From NCBI GenBank assembly GCA_001244265.2, contig CDLV01000004.1, forward strand, positions 1,984,001 through 2,048,000: a stretch of DNA of 64,000 nucleotides. Reading direction: 5' to 3'. The DNA comes from Microbotryum violaceum (taxonomy: Eukaryota). The notes beneath the pieces are model-generated. The model searched no databases, had not been told where the DNA came from, and saw nothing but the letters and a program-made list of their open reading frames with translations. The translations under genes and the position numbers were made by a program. This document shows positions 1-16,239 of the stretch, piece after piece (position 1 is the first letter of the stretch; the number at the start of each line of letters is the position of its first letter).

Positions 1-4390
<4,390 letters not shown>

Positions 4391-4416
4391 TTCTTGCGCT
4401 TTACAGTCACTGGCAA

Positions 4417-4830
4417 CTATCGCAGAAAACATGCGAGCGCGGAAGATAGACTTCTGATAGAAGAGAGGCAGCGACGCCGAGAAGTCAGGACCAGTCCACG
4501 AGCGGCACAAAGGCGGACGACGAACAAGATCGTCGTGATCGACGAGACAAGAGCAAGCGTCGTGTTGTAGTCGATCTCCAGTCGTGGAGCAAAGCCTTGG
4601 ACGACTAACTGAGCCTTGTAGCCGATGATGTTGCCCTCGACGTCTTCCTTTCGAGTAAACACCCAACGATAGCCCAGGGCACGAGCCCCAGTAGGTGAAC
4701 TCGAAAGCTTGAACACCTTGTGCAAGCCCATGGAGTTAAGTTCCTTGACCGACGCAGCGTACCAGGACTCGGCCTCGGGCGAAGCCATCGCATCCTTGAA
4801 GGTCTTGGGAAGCGGTGGATGAGTGGAAAC
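4417..4830 (-). pseudogene. Degenerate Copia RT fragment of another family
   Basis: PKTFKDAMASPE..GARALGYRWVFTRKEDVEGNIIGYKAQLVVQGF is the RT N-terminus; no other domains follow. Confidence 0.8.
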
Positions 4831-5699
4831 CAAAGCGATGAGCTCTGGTTGTGGACACAATACTGAGGGCGGCGACACGACGCTGAGCACGCGTGCGAAC
4901 CGGTAGAGTGTTGCCCTCGTTAATGTTCTCGAGCAGGCCCGGGGTGCGACCGACACAATAAGGCCGGTACTCGTGACCATCACCAACATCAGGAGGTAGA
5001 GGCGGATCACGCTCCGCAAGGTCGTCGTCTTTTATGCCGGCTCATTTCTTGGGGATTTACAGTCACTGACAACAACAAGAAGTCCGACTCACGCGACGCA
5101 GTCGATGATTTCGGAGAAGAGGCCGCTGACAAGGATCGTGAAGTCTCTTCGGGACGCGCGGCTGGGTCCAGCCGCAGGATCGGGAAGGCTCGTGCTTGAT
5201 AAACCGAAAGAGAGAGATATGTCTGGATGATGATAAGAAAAGTCGAAATGGACTCGAAATTGAATGAAATGTGGAGTTTTGATTTGTCGTTAGAGTCTCT
5301 AGCTTTGTCTTGAGGTGGTTATTCGCTTTCGGCTAAGTAGGAGGTACAGCCTATCCTCGGGCCACGGTTGTTAGTGTGAATTTATGGACGGCACTGGATC
5401 ACTGGAGGTTCAGGGACTGGTCGCCACCCCGCGGTGCGTTAATGGGTTTACAGGTCAAATTATAAGATAAGAGAGAGCCGGAAATGAGCGATGATCAGGA
5501 ATTGGCCTCTCCTTCGGCGTTCTTGTTGACGAGCCGCCTGCTGGAACAGTCCGAAATGCCCGAAACAGCCGAGAAGCGAGCACAGTAGAGCAAAGGCGGC
5601 GGTTGACCCGTTGACAGGCTATTAGTCGCGACGTGCTTCTCTCTCCTCTTCCCCGACAACGACACCGAAATGAACATCTCCCCAATTCGAGAAGCCCTC

Positions 5700-6287
5700 A
5701 TCAGAAATTCCTCTTCATATCATCATGGTCTCTTCCCTTCCCGGAATTCAACTGCTGGCGCCACGCTCAAATCCTGTCTGACGCAAGAACAAAGGATCGA
5801 CCAACCATACACTTTTTCCCAACGGTCGCGGGCCTCTCGATGACGATCGCGGCATCATCACGATGAACGCTCTGAAGACGGCGAACGATGAGCTGGTCGA
5901 AAAGGTATAGTTACGAGCAACGAGAAGATGAGTATCCTCTTTCTCGTCGATGTGGAGGAGGAGGACCTTGCTGGTGGGGCTGAAATGACCGATCAGGAGG
6001 ACTGTGGACCTGGTCATTGCCGAAGAGTTGGAGGAGAATTGCGAGGGAGAACTTGAAGGAGGAGAGGAGGAAGCGGAGATAGAGCTCCGACCGGCGGAGC
6101 GAACGACGCTGAAGGAGGCAATCTCAGCGCTTGATGTTTTCCCTAGGTTTACTATGAATGGGTACTCAGGTCCAACGGATTTGATTTCTTTGAGCACGAG
6201 GCTAGGAGGATTCGCAGGACTCTTGTTGCCGAGCAGGATGCCGTGAGGATTCAGACGACTATGATTTCGTATTTCCAGCGTCAGTAG
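5700..6287 (+). pseudogene. Relic C-terminus of a pogo/Tigger-like DDE transposase
   Basis: NCWRHAQIL motif, acidic helical segment (EEAEIE..TLKEAISALDVF) and terminal QTTMISYF PIP-box-like motif in broken frames. Confidence 0.5.
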
Positions 6288-7280
6288 GTCAGGATAAATT
6301 TTCTTGGAGCTTTCAAAACTTGCTAGATGTCATCATGCCTCAGTAGAGGCCGTGCATTGGTGGCAATTCAGTAATTCGGGCCTTCTAAATTTCCTCCCCC
6401 TCAAAAGTCAATGTATCGACTCAAACGATGCACGAAAATTCTTGATTTGCTGTAGGAAGCTCAAAAACGGAGTTTCAGGCCATAATGTAGTGATCTGAAG
6501 CCGAAGTCTCAAAGCTTGATTAGGCTTAATTTATGGGACAATCCGTCCACCGAGAATATAAATTGTCTCCGGGTCTGACTGTATCACCCTGCGCCCTGGA
6601 AATACCAGGCTGTCGGGTATTACCCAGGCGCGCTTTTGTAAATACCAGACGAGACCTCGGGTATTCCCCTCTGAGGGTGGAATTCCCCGCTCTCTACGGC
6701 CCTCTTCTAGAAGAGCGCCCCTTCAGACTTTTTGAAGAGTCTTACCCAAGGGGCGGTTAATACCCGTCACCCCGCTACAAACGTCCCTAAAAATAAGTGT
6801 TCCGTTACCCCGGCGAAGTCGACGTGCAGCATTTGACGTTCCCTTTGTCCCAACTGGTCGCGCGGCGGGTGGCAGGTATTAATTAAAGTGTTGACCGCGA
6901 GCTGCCGTTTACCGGCGCGCTCACAAAGGGGAAGGAGGGTCTGTGATCTGCGACGTCCAATTCGATCGTCAGAACTTGCAAGTCGTCTTTGACCGTGAAT
7001 CTAAAGCTATTTGCACGCTGCAAACACTTCGTCGCAGAGGTGAGATCTATTACACAGTAAGTATGTAGATGACTGCCCAGCGAGCGACGCCAAGCTCCTC
7101 CATCCTTTCAACCTCGAGGTCAGGCTTCAGGCCTTCAGGCTTCAGGCGAAGTGATGCTCAACCGGGGTGCTGGCTTCGATGTCGAAGCTTAGTGTCAATG
7201 CTGTACCCTAACATCACGCGGAATTCGAGATTGCATACCTTTGTTTTCAGACCCTTGACCTTCCATTCTATCTTTACTAG

Positions 7281-8301
7281 ACGCAGGAGCTCCGAGTGGA
7301 CCTCGAGATGCAGCATCTACAAGCCTTTCTGGATTCAGCACCGGCGCAGCTGCACGCGTCTCGTCCTCGACTCAACCCCTCATTGATTGACGGCGACCTG
7401 CCCACTGCCCCGCCAAGCCGCACTATATTACGCTTTAAACTTTCCGACCAGGAAGGAATTTCTTGCATACTCTGGGAGGACAAGTTCTATATTACAAGCA
7501 CTGACATACTGCGGATTATAGCCTTTCGCCTAAATCTGCTGGGTGGCCCCGGGCCGCTTCTGTCATGGAAGAAGCTTGAAGGCGGTGTGTTCAGCGATCT
7601 TCGAAATCTCAAAGAGGGACGTGGTTCGTTAATGTTGGAGTCCAAGGTATGGCAAGTCATGACTTCCTCACCATCGCTGGTAGCGACTGATAGAATTGCC
7701 ACAGTCCGAACTTCTGCAGCTTTTGTTCCAGCATCGATGCGTCCGCACTCAAAAGAAGCAAAAGATTTTTCTCTGGCAAAGTGTTCCCCATGAGCAATTG
7801 TACCGTTCGGCCGTCAACAGACACGGCGTGCTTCCATCCGCCGTTATACAGCAGCCGAGGCTGTTAGGACGCTCAAGCAATGCGTCCAGAGGCGTCCACT
7901 CGACACAACAGCGATCGGTGAGCGTTGGACAAAGAAAGAAGGCGCTCTATGATGGCATGTCTGATCACGGTAGTTATAGCAGGAACAGACTCTCCAAAGT
8001 CATGGTGCCACAGCAAAAGGCCCCAACAAGAGCTTTGCATGCCCTCTGGCTTCCTGCGACCGCAAATTTTATCGGCAAGAGCATTCACTGCGCCACCTCA
8101 GAGTTCACACTCAAGAGCGACCACACACCTGTTCGCAATGCTCCAAGGGCTTTGCTCGACTTGACAATCTCCGGGCCCATGTGAGTTCGATCTTGTACCG
8201 GGTGACAACGGAAGAAGCTGAGCATGGCGCCGTCCATATAAATTCAGGAGCGCACGCATCGCAGGCAATGCGCAGCTCGAGACGGATGTGGAGAACTTTA
8301 G
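7281..8301 (+). CDS. STE12: STE12-like transcription factor (STE domain plus two C2H2 zinc fingers); exons 7281-7646, 7705-7917, 7980-8180, 8248-8301; 5' end uncertain (ATG 7308 or an upstream exon)
   Basis: ISCILWEDKFYITSTDILR..KKLEGGVFSDLRNLK..CVRTQKKQKIFLWQSVPHEQLY is the STE domain. Removing GT-AG introns 7647-7704, 7918-7979 and 8181-8247 gives in-frame [51 protein letters not shown]; stop TAG 8299-8301. Confidence 0.9.
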
Positions 8302-8332
8302 GACGGTGCCGATTACGCTTACATCACTTGTA

Positions 8333-9842
8333 CTATAAATATGGAACCCCAAGCTGTTTTCTAAACATGTCGAGTGTGAACTCCACGACGAGGAGCAGCA
8401 CTCCGCCACCAGGCGCGAGTCGGAGTACCTTTGGCACGAACCCTGAGTAGAGCGCACCAATGCCCTCCTCCCGAGCGATGAGCAGGAGAGAAGGGAAGGT
8501 CCAATTGTACTTGGGAGTCGATCCTGTAACCTGTGGGTAGCATTATAAGAATACAATCCAGAGAGCGAAGGTCACACAGATGGAGGAGCCGTAAGTATGC
8601 CAAGAGTCGCTCAGCGTTTTGATCAACGACATGAAAGGCACGGCAGGATCGGCATCGCTACGGACCTTGATCGAGTTCTGCACGCGGGATTTGACCACAT
8701 CGACTGATTTTTGAAAGCGATAGATCCGAGGTCAGTCCAGACCGAAGCAAAAGAGGACATAAAAGAAGAAGGCAAGCACCTAGATTGAGTAAACGTACAT
8801 GGGGTGTTGAAAGCCGTTCCAACAAAGCCACCAATGGCACCAGACACGAAATTGTTAAACAGCTCGCCAGATTTGTTCTGTTTAATACAAGCCGTTAACG
8901 GCTTGATTCAGCCCGCAGAATGTCAAAACGCAGACCAAAACCGGGTTGACGAACCTCGGCCTTAGGCATCAGAGCGCGGACTTGGAAGATGCACCCAAAG
9001 TATCCTCCGTTCCATGTCACGTGGCTAAAGTGTAGGGGGCTCGCAAAACAGGTCAGCCTGAGCAGCAGAGGTTCGCGGGTCGACGTACCGCCAGAACGTA
9101 GGTTCGAGACCGGCATAGAGGCCCAACAAGCCTTCCTTGCGCACGATCTGGCCCACAACATCCATCGGCCCCTTATAGGTGCTATTCTTGTCCTGCAGTC
9201 GGATCTTGACCAATTCAAAAGGCACGACCACCACACTTTCCGTGGCCCCAGCGCTGCAACCCGTGAGGATCGACAGCCCCTGGGTCATCTTGTCAGTTCC
9301 AAGTGCCGATTTGTACGTATTGCCCCAGAAATCATTGGCAGCGAACTTGACGGCGCGCTTGGGTGCCTCAAGCATCAGCGGCGGCACGAGTCCCCGGTAT
9401 AGGCGGCCGGCGCTGATCAAGGAGGCAGCAGTTCCACATGAGTGTCCCTGTTCCGAGCCGTGACCGGATCGCATCTGTGAACTGACCCTCGCGAGCGATA
9501 ATCTTTTTGAAGCAGTCGACCATCCCATTGTAATGCTCCGCACCAGCGACGGGTTTTCCGACCTGAAGTTGCATACGGGTCTTGACCTGCATGGCCCGGG
9601 GGGGGGGGGGGGGGGGGGGGCAGATGGCAAAGGGAGAACAGAGTGTTGGCTTGGCTGAGACGCAACTCAACGAGACCATAGGGCATCTTGTCGCGCAGAC
9701 TGACCACATCTGGTAGACGCCCGCGATTGCACACGAAAACGGTTGGAGCAGACGCAACGGAACGAGGGGAGAAGGAGAAGGAGAGGGTGTGGGAGGGAGG
9801 GATGATCAGCAGCGATAACAATCGTGGTTCAGGCTGTGACAT
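8333..9842 (-). CDS. ODC1: Mitochondrial carrier family protein, 2-oxodicarboxylate carrier-like (multi-exon; 5' exon looks damaged)
   Basis: VKTRMQLQ, LYRGLVPPLMLEAPKRAVKFAAND, GATESVVVVPFELVKIRLQD, WNGGYFG, NTP.DVVKSRVQ, final exon 8530-8333 KYNWTFPSL..EEGIGALYSGFVPKVLRLAPGGG; GT-AG introns. Confidence 0.85.
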
Positions 9843-10544
9843 GCCGAGAAGACGAGAGACGGACCTAGCGGGTAGAGGCACAACAGTTCGGTGACACCAG
9901 CGATTGCACCCGCAGTGAACTGATAGATGAAGGGCAGGGCTGAGTCGATTTAGCAACGCGGTGGGTGGAGTGATGGAGTGGTAGAGTCAGCAAAGGGGAC
10001 CCTGTCAGGCCTGTCACGGAGATTAGCCATGCCATCGTCCGTGATGGGGTGGGGACTGACGCTTCCTGTTTCGCGTGACCGGTGTCGAGTCATTGGAGGA
10101 CATGATGAGCCAAGAGGACTAAGTCCGGGGGTCAGACTTGCAGCTACTCGTACGACAGTTGCAGGAAGTAACCGATGAATTCGGAGAGCGACACCAGAGA
10201 TGGGGAACAGGCTAAGTTCAACGCCGGGTGATGCCGGGCTGTCCAAAGGGAAGAAGTCTACACATGCGTGCGCGAACCTTATGGATTTCGTACGGCAGGA
10301 CTGGCCGGTTGCCAAAGGCGACCCACGGGCGCCCTGAGCGAGTCGAAAGGCGAGTGCGGTGTGAGGACCCCCGAAAGCCCCGCCAGAGGCGCATGTGGAA
10401 AAACGCCCTTTTTTGGCCTTTTACTACCTCTTTATAAAAAAAACCAGTGGGAACCCGTTAAATTAACGGGAGGATGAAAATTAAATAGCAGAATCGTGAT
10501 CTCAGTTGAAGGTAAAACACACAATACAAAGGACAGCTTCAAAA

Positions 10545-13500
10545 CTATTCCCCATTCATTGCTCTGAAAACAGAGCGGAATACTGGGTTTGGGGTCGCGG
10601 TGGCTGCGGCTGCCGCTCGATCAACGGCTTGTAGGTCGTCGTCATCATCGGCGGGGTCTCGAGAGGGCAGTAGCACCTTGAGTCGATCAACACTCATGGC
10701 TCGAGACAATGCCACATACAGCTGCCCATGAGTGAAGACGGGATGTAGGGAGAGATCGACGCCAACACGATCGAGTGATTGACCTTGGGCTTTGTTGATC
10801 GTCATGGTCAAGGCAACGCGAAGCGGGAATTGGAGCCGGCGCATAGTGAAACCAAGTTGGCGACTGCCAGTCGCATTTGTCTCAAGTCGCACGCGAGGGA
10901 TGAAGACCGTGGTGCCCGCTCGATCTCCGGTCAAGATGATGGCTTGAATGACTCTCGATCTTGCGTGCGACACGATCAGGCAGGTACCGTTGCAGAGGCC
11001 CGCGTCTGGGTCCAAATTGCGAAGAAGAACGACGGGGATCCCTTCCTTGAGACGCAAGTGATGCGCGGGGAACTTGGATGGGTTGATTGAATGTAGATAC
11101 TCTGGCGAAATCAGTTCCGGCGCCATTCCACCCCAGTTTCGCCTGCCTCAACGACCTCGTCTGCGCTGCGATACTCGATGTAGTCGCCATTGAACTCTTC
11201 CAGCAGCTTGGCATTGATGTGATCGACCGTTGCATTATGCGGAGCTAGGATTGCCTGACGTAAGAACAGCGGAATCAGGTCTTCGAGGGACTCCTTGTTC
11301 ACGGTCCTTAAACCAGGGTAGACAAAGTTGATCAACCCTTCGGCCGTTCTTTGACCGTCCGGAAGCAGCAGGTAATTAGGCAGCTGCGAAACGGATAGAA
11401 GGGGTCTTAGTGTCGGTTGGTTGGGTAAAAGAGGGGAGCCAAATACACTGCAATCTAGTCGTATGGGTGCATGTTGGCAGTTCCATCTCCCACAGTGAGT
11501 AGCCATTCCGCAAAGTCGCGCGTTCGAGCCAATTGAGCCTCGTCCATCGCATCAGCGTTCGAGCTGAGACGCATGTTCTCGGTAAGTCGCAAGATACGAA
11601 CGTCGCGCCAAAAGTCTGCCTTGATGAGGGATGCATCGACGATTTGACCGGGAGTTCCTTTGGGAACGACAGGAAGGCACTGGCGAAAGTCCCCTACAAA
11701 TTGGAAACCTCGTTAGCATGCCGCTGTTCAGAGCGGAGGCGGAAGAGCCCAACTGACCCGCAAAGATTGTTGTCACCCCGCCGAAGAGCTCCTCGATCTG
11801 TCGGAGATCACGCAGTAAACGGTCGACCGCTTCGACCGCGAATCGATGCGCCATTGGTGCTTCATCCCAAATGATAAGCTTGGTGGTACGCAGCATCAGC
11901 GCGAGATCACTCTCCCTGTCGACTGGACACCTCGAGGTTGGCAAGGTGTCGAGTGGGATTCGAAAAGTCGAATGCGCCGTGTGTCTTCCCCTGAGAAGCA
12001 ACGCCGCTACTCCGGACGACGCCACCGCAATCGCTTGGTCGCCTCGAGCTCGCACAGTATCGAGAAGGGCATTTTCCACAAGTCTTGCCAGTACCCCCAG
12101 GTGCTAGCAGGAAAAACACATGCTACGGCCCAAGGTTGTTGTCGCGCATCTGATCGACGACATCGAGCTCGACCGCGCGAAGACACTCGTCAAATGCAAT
12201 TCGTTGGTCGTGGTTCAGACGGGCATGCGCCGCTTCGGCATCTTGCGCGCATTGCTGGCGATCAAAACGGGGAAGCCGTTCCTCGAGACGATCAAACAGC
12301 CGCACTTCGTCCTCGGTCAGCTCGGGAAGATCAAAGAAGGCCAAAGTTCGATCGTTTGCCGCAAGGAGGAGACGAATCTTGTTGAGGGTCCACAGGCGGA
12401 TGGTTTGATCGTTGACGGGCACGTCTTCATAGCGTTCGATGTGATAACGGGCATCGTCGCTAAGAGAAGCAAAGTGACGATCCAGCAAAGCTGGTGGGTT
12501 GGCAACCGTCGCATGGATGAGCATGAACACGAATAATCGGCGTAGTTGGTCACCGGTTTCAATCTGTGCAGCTTCCCTGAGACAGATGTGATGCTCGCCA
12601 TCGTCGGCGAGAAGTTCGCGAGCGGCGCAAGCGGCGCGATAGGAAGGATACACGACGTCTTCGAACATGAGCAGGTCCGCAAACGATGTCGGGCCCATGA
12701 CGACCTCGAGGAGCAGTCTGAGGTAAAAGCGCTCCCCACTACGCAGTGGGACGGTGTAGATTCGTCCAATGACATTGCGATTATGGACTCGGCGTTTCCA
12801 GCGCAACTTCTCCTTATTCCAGGAGTAGTAGCGCGGCACATTCGTGTAGAGCAACGTGGTAGTGAGCTCGCCGTCGGGAGCTGCAGCGCACAGGTCGAAG
12901 AAGCCGGTCAGTTTGAAGCGAGTGGGCGGAGTGTCGAGGGGCAGCGGTTCATTGGGATTGATCTGCACAGATTGTTGATTCTCCAGATGGACCGGTAGTC
13001 GATTGACGGGTGGCCACACTCTACCGACCGAGAATCCGAATAGGCGGTGGACCGCTTCTGGAGCACTGATGTAGCGACCTTCGACGAACTCGTTGATCTC
13101 ATCTCGAACCGGTTCGTCCTCGCGAGCCCCTTCACCGTTCGCTGCACGCTCAACACGCGCCACAGCTCGATCCGGACCTTTGTACACATACTTGAAGAGG
13201 TACTTGATCGCGCCGATCGTTGTCACAGCCTCCACATTGATATGCGCATTGTACTTGGCGCAGAGATAAGGCGAGTACGGCACGCAGTCACCATCGTTGT
13301 AGATAACACCCCCCTTGACAACGGCGTGGCTAAAGCGTCGGCGATACAACGGGTAGCCTTCAGGGTGCATGCGGGTGTGGGGTTCTGTTCGCGAGGAAAA
13401 TGGCGCTTGCACCTCGGATTACCGTACTTGTCCTTCTCCATGCAGGGCTGAGTCGAGTTTCCGCCACACTTGCCATGCAGCATGTGCTTTGTGACGGTCT

Positions 13501-15500
13501 CGTGGAGATTAGGATAGCGCGAAGGATCGGGTATCTCGGCCGGATCATTTTGTCGATCGCTTCCGTCGACAAAGGATGATCGTCCGGCGCGAGGGTGATG
13601 AGGATATGGGCATGTGGCAGGCCCCGCTTCTGATACTCAATCACATGTGTATGCGTCAGAACCACGCCAAAACAGCCTGCACGTTGCTTGTTGCCAAAAA
13701 CGTCGTCGCAGAGTCGGTTCAGCTTGGCTTCAAACACTCGTGCAATGAGATCCGGACGGTTGCATGCTTTGTCGTTCGGCCCCAGTGCAGCCTTGATTTC
13801 CGGCCATTCGGGGTTGCACGTCACCGTGATGAACAGCGAAGGCTTTTCATATTTGACGACGCAAGCCATCGCATCTTGGTAGCGCTGCGTGATCTCGCGC
13901 GGGCTATTCTTGAACGTCGAGCCCAAAATCACCGAACGTCCAATTTGATCCGGGGTCAGGCCGTTGGCAACAGCGTCGGTGATGCCTTGGGCCGTGGTGA
14001 GGCGCAGACTTTCTTGATGCAACCGGATGTAGTTGAGTCGATCGGTCTCGACTTGGGAGTATCCGTCAATCACGAACTCGAGGAAGAGACGCTGGGTGGC
14101 ATGCGGAATCGAGAAGTAGTCGTCGCGTTCGTGCAAGTGATATGCAAAGTATTGGGAACGCGAAACTCGGGTTGATTCACCTCGACCCCTCTTGTTTGAT
14201 CTTCGTCCTAGATTTTCGAACAATTTATGTCAGTCTGAGGGTGCGTCTCAACAGAGAGGTATATGAGAGTGAGCCGAAGACGCTTAGCTTACGTTCACCA
14301 TCACCATTCTCTTCGTCCTCCTCGTCGTCTTCATCCTCATCGTCCTCCTCTTCGTCTTCTTCATCTGGACCAAGGCCGTCAAGTAGCTCGCGCAATTGGA
14401 CACCAGTGTCGATCTGCTCTCGGTTTCTTGCGATGGGCGGCCCAGCTTGGTTGAAACCGCAAAGAGGAATGTTGGGGTGGAAGCCATCTTCCCCGCGGGG
14501 AAGAGTAGTGGGTACCGGAGAGGCAACGCAGACGGATGGAGCGAGCTGATGACTTGGTACTTGGGGCCGACCATCGGGACATCGATCACCGTGCACCTGG
14601 AGAATAAGGTCTTGCGGTCCACGATCTCCGGTGTTGGTGTCGGAATCGCAGATAAGCATCGCCATTTCCGTGCTTGACGTAGGAAGGTTGTGGGTGCGTC
14701 GGTCTCGGCCAGGTGGTAGACAGAGGCGCAGGACCCACTCTTTGGCTGTATCCCAACCCGCGCGGGCTTTGGCCGATGCGAACTCCCTCACAAAGCGATT
14801 GCCAGTGCGCAACATGGACTCTAGCCTGGTCAGCGTTGATCTTTGTATGCGAGTCTCTGTGCTGTCGGGTCCTTGAAGTCGTGTGTCGGTGGCCTCGGCC
14901 GGGTCGATCAGCCATGTCTGGGCAAAGGCTGGGCGTTGATTCACGGCAGGGATCAGGGCACCGAGTCGATCATAGAGGCGGCCGAACACGCGAAACACGG
15001 GAGGTCCTAGAGCTGCCTACTTGGGTTTGGTCCCAGTGGGCAGCGAGCGAAGTAAAGGATAGTGCGTTGTTGTAAGACCGGGCATTTTCACGGATTGCTC
15101 TAAATTCTGTGTAGGTGCATCGCACAGTTCAGTATGTGGGTCTACTGCAGACGAATGTTGTTCGACGGAGCAACTGACCGCTATCCGAGCCTTGAAGAAG
15201 CTGCCGATACTCGAGATTGGGCTGGGGAGGGGGAGGTAGCCGCACCTTGCCTTGCGAGCAGCACGCGCTGAAGTGTCCGGTCGACTTGGACCTTTCGCAC
15301 CCCCAGTGCCGAGCCTTGCAGTGGGTGCACACGGCCGTCTGGGGGCCGAGGTCGTCGCGGATCGAAACGTGGGGAGGAGGTGGTGGTGGGGCGAGCCCAG
15401 CGTCGAGTTGGCCATCGCGCTGACCACGCTGTCCGTTCTGCACAGCTGCACGGCGGGCTCGTATACGTGTCGCAATGCCAAGATCGGTTGAATTGTTGTC
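10545..15500 (-). mobile_element. Helitron RepHel gene (Zn finger, HUH/Y2 Rep, PIF1 helicase) with introns and frameshifts; element termini not resolved (roughly 10.3-16.2 kb)
   Basis: CTHCKARHW..ACCSQGKV; FITVTCNPEW, EYQKRGLPHAH, KYLFKYVYKG; GGTGKT, IWDEAPM, TINKAQGQSL, FTHGQLYVALSR; introns at about 15178-15108, 14292-14208 and 11758-11694. Confidence 0.93.
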
Positions 15501-16239
15501 ATGACGCGCCGGGGTGCTGATTCTGTTGATCGGTGCGGGACGAAAAGGAGGGTCGAGCCGCGGGGCGCCCAGCAGCGGGCGCTCGAGCAGGCCCATGGTA
15601 CGCTGCCACCCTCGCGCCCAAGAACTTGGCGAGGTTGCGATGACCCTCCGTGGCGACCTTGGGACCGGGGCATTACACAGTAGCGAAGGTTTGTTCTTGA
15701 ATGAGTGTCACTAAAATTGGATGAGAGTGGGAGGGAGAAAGGAAAGGTTCGAGGGAGTGGCACAGGATTATTTACGTGGTTTGTTTTGTTGTTTAGCCCC
15801 TAATGCTGACGGCGGGCGCGCCGCATCACGTGACAAATGTTAGCCCTCGCCCCGCGCGTCAGCCGCCAGGCGCCAGGCGGAGCTGTGCTGTAGAAGCAAT
15901 ATCATGCAAAGCCACGCGCTTGCGGTTCATTAAATACCATATGAGTGGAAGCATTGTTTTATGTCAGCGAAAAAAAGAAGGAAAATACTGGGAGCGCTGT
16001 AGCTTCGTTGGAACGGCGCGGAAAATACAAAAAGTCACCACAGGGCTTGTACATGACTTCTGATCGGAACCCCGACGCTACAGGCAGGTGCGGCAGACAC
16101 AACAGTATGCTGGTACATCCACCACAGGCGGCCCTCCCGGCCGCAACCTAGTTAAAAACAGCGATTTTAGGTACATTCCTTAACTCACACTTTTTTTTTT
16201 ACTAGTTAGGGTAATAGTTAGGGTAAAGGTCGATCCGCG

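Noticed and set aside
16200-16230. Telomere
   Set aside because: Only two separated TTAGGG motifs, not an array
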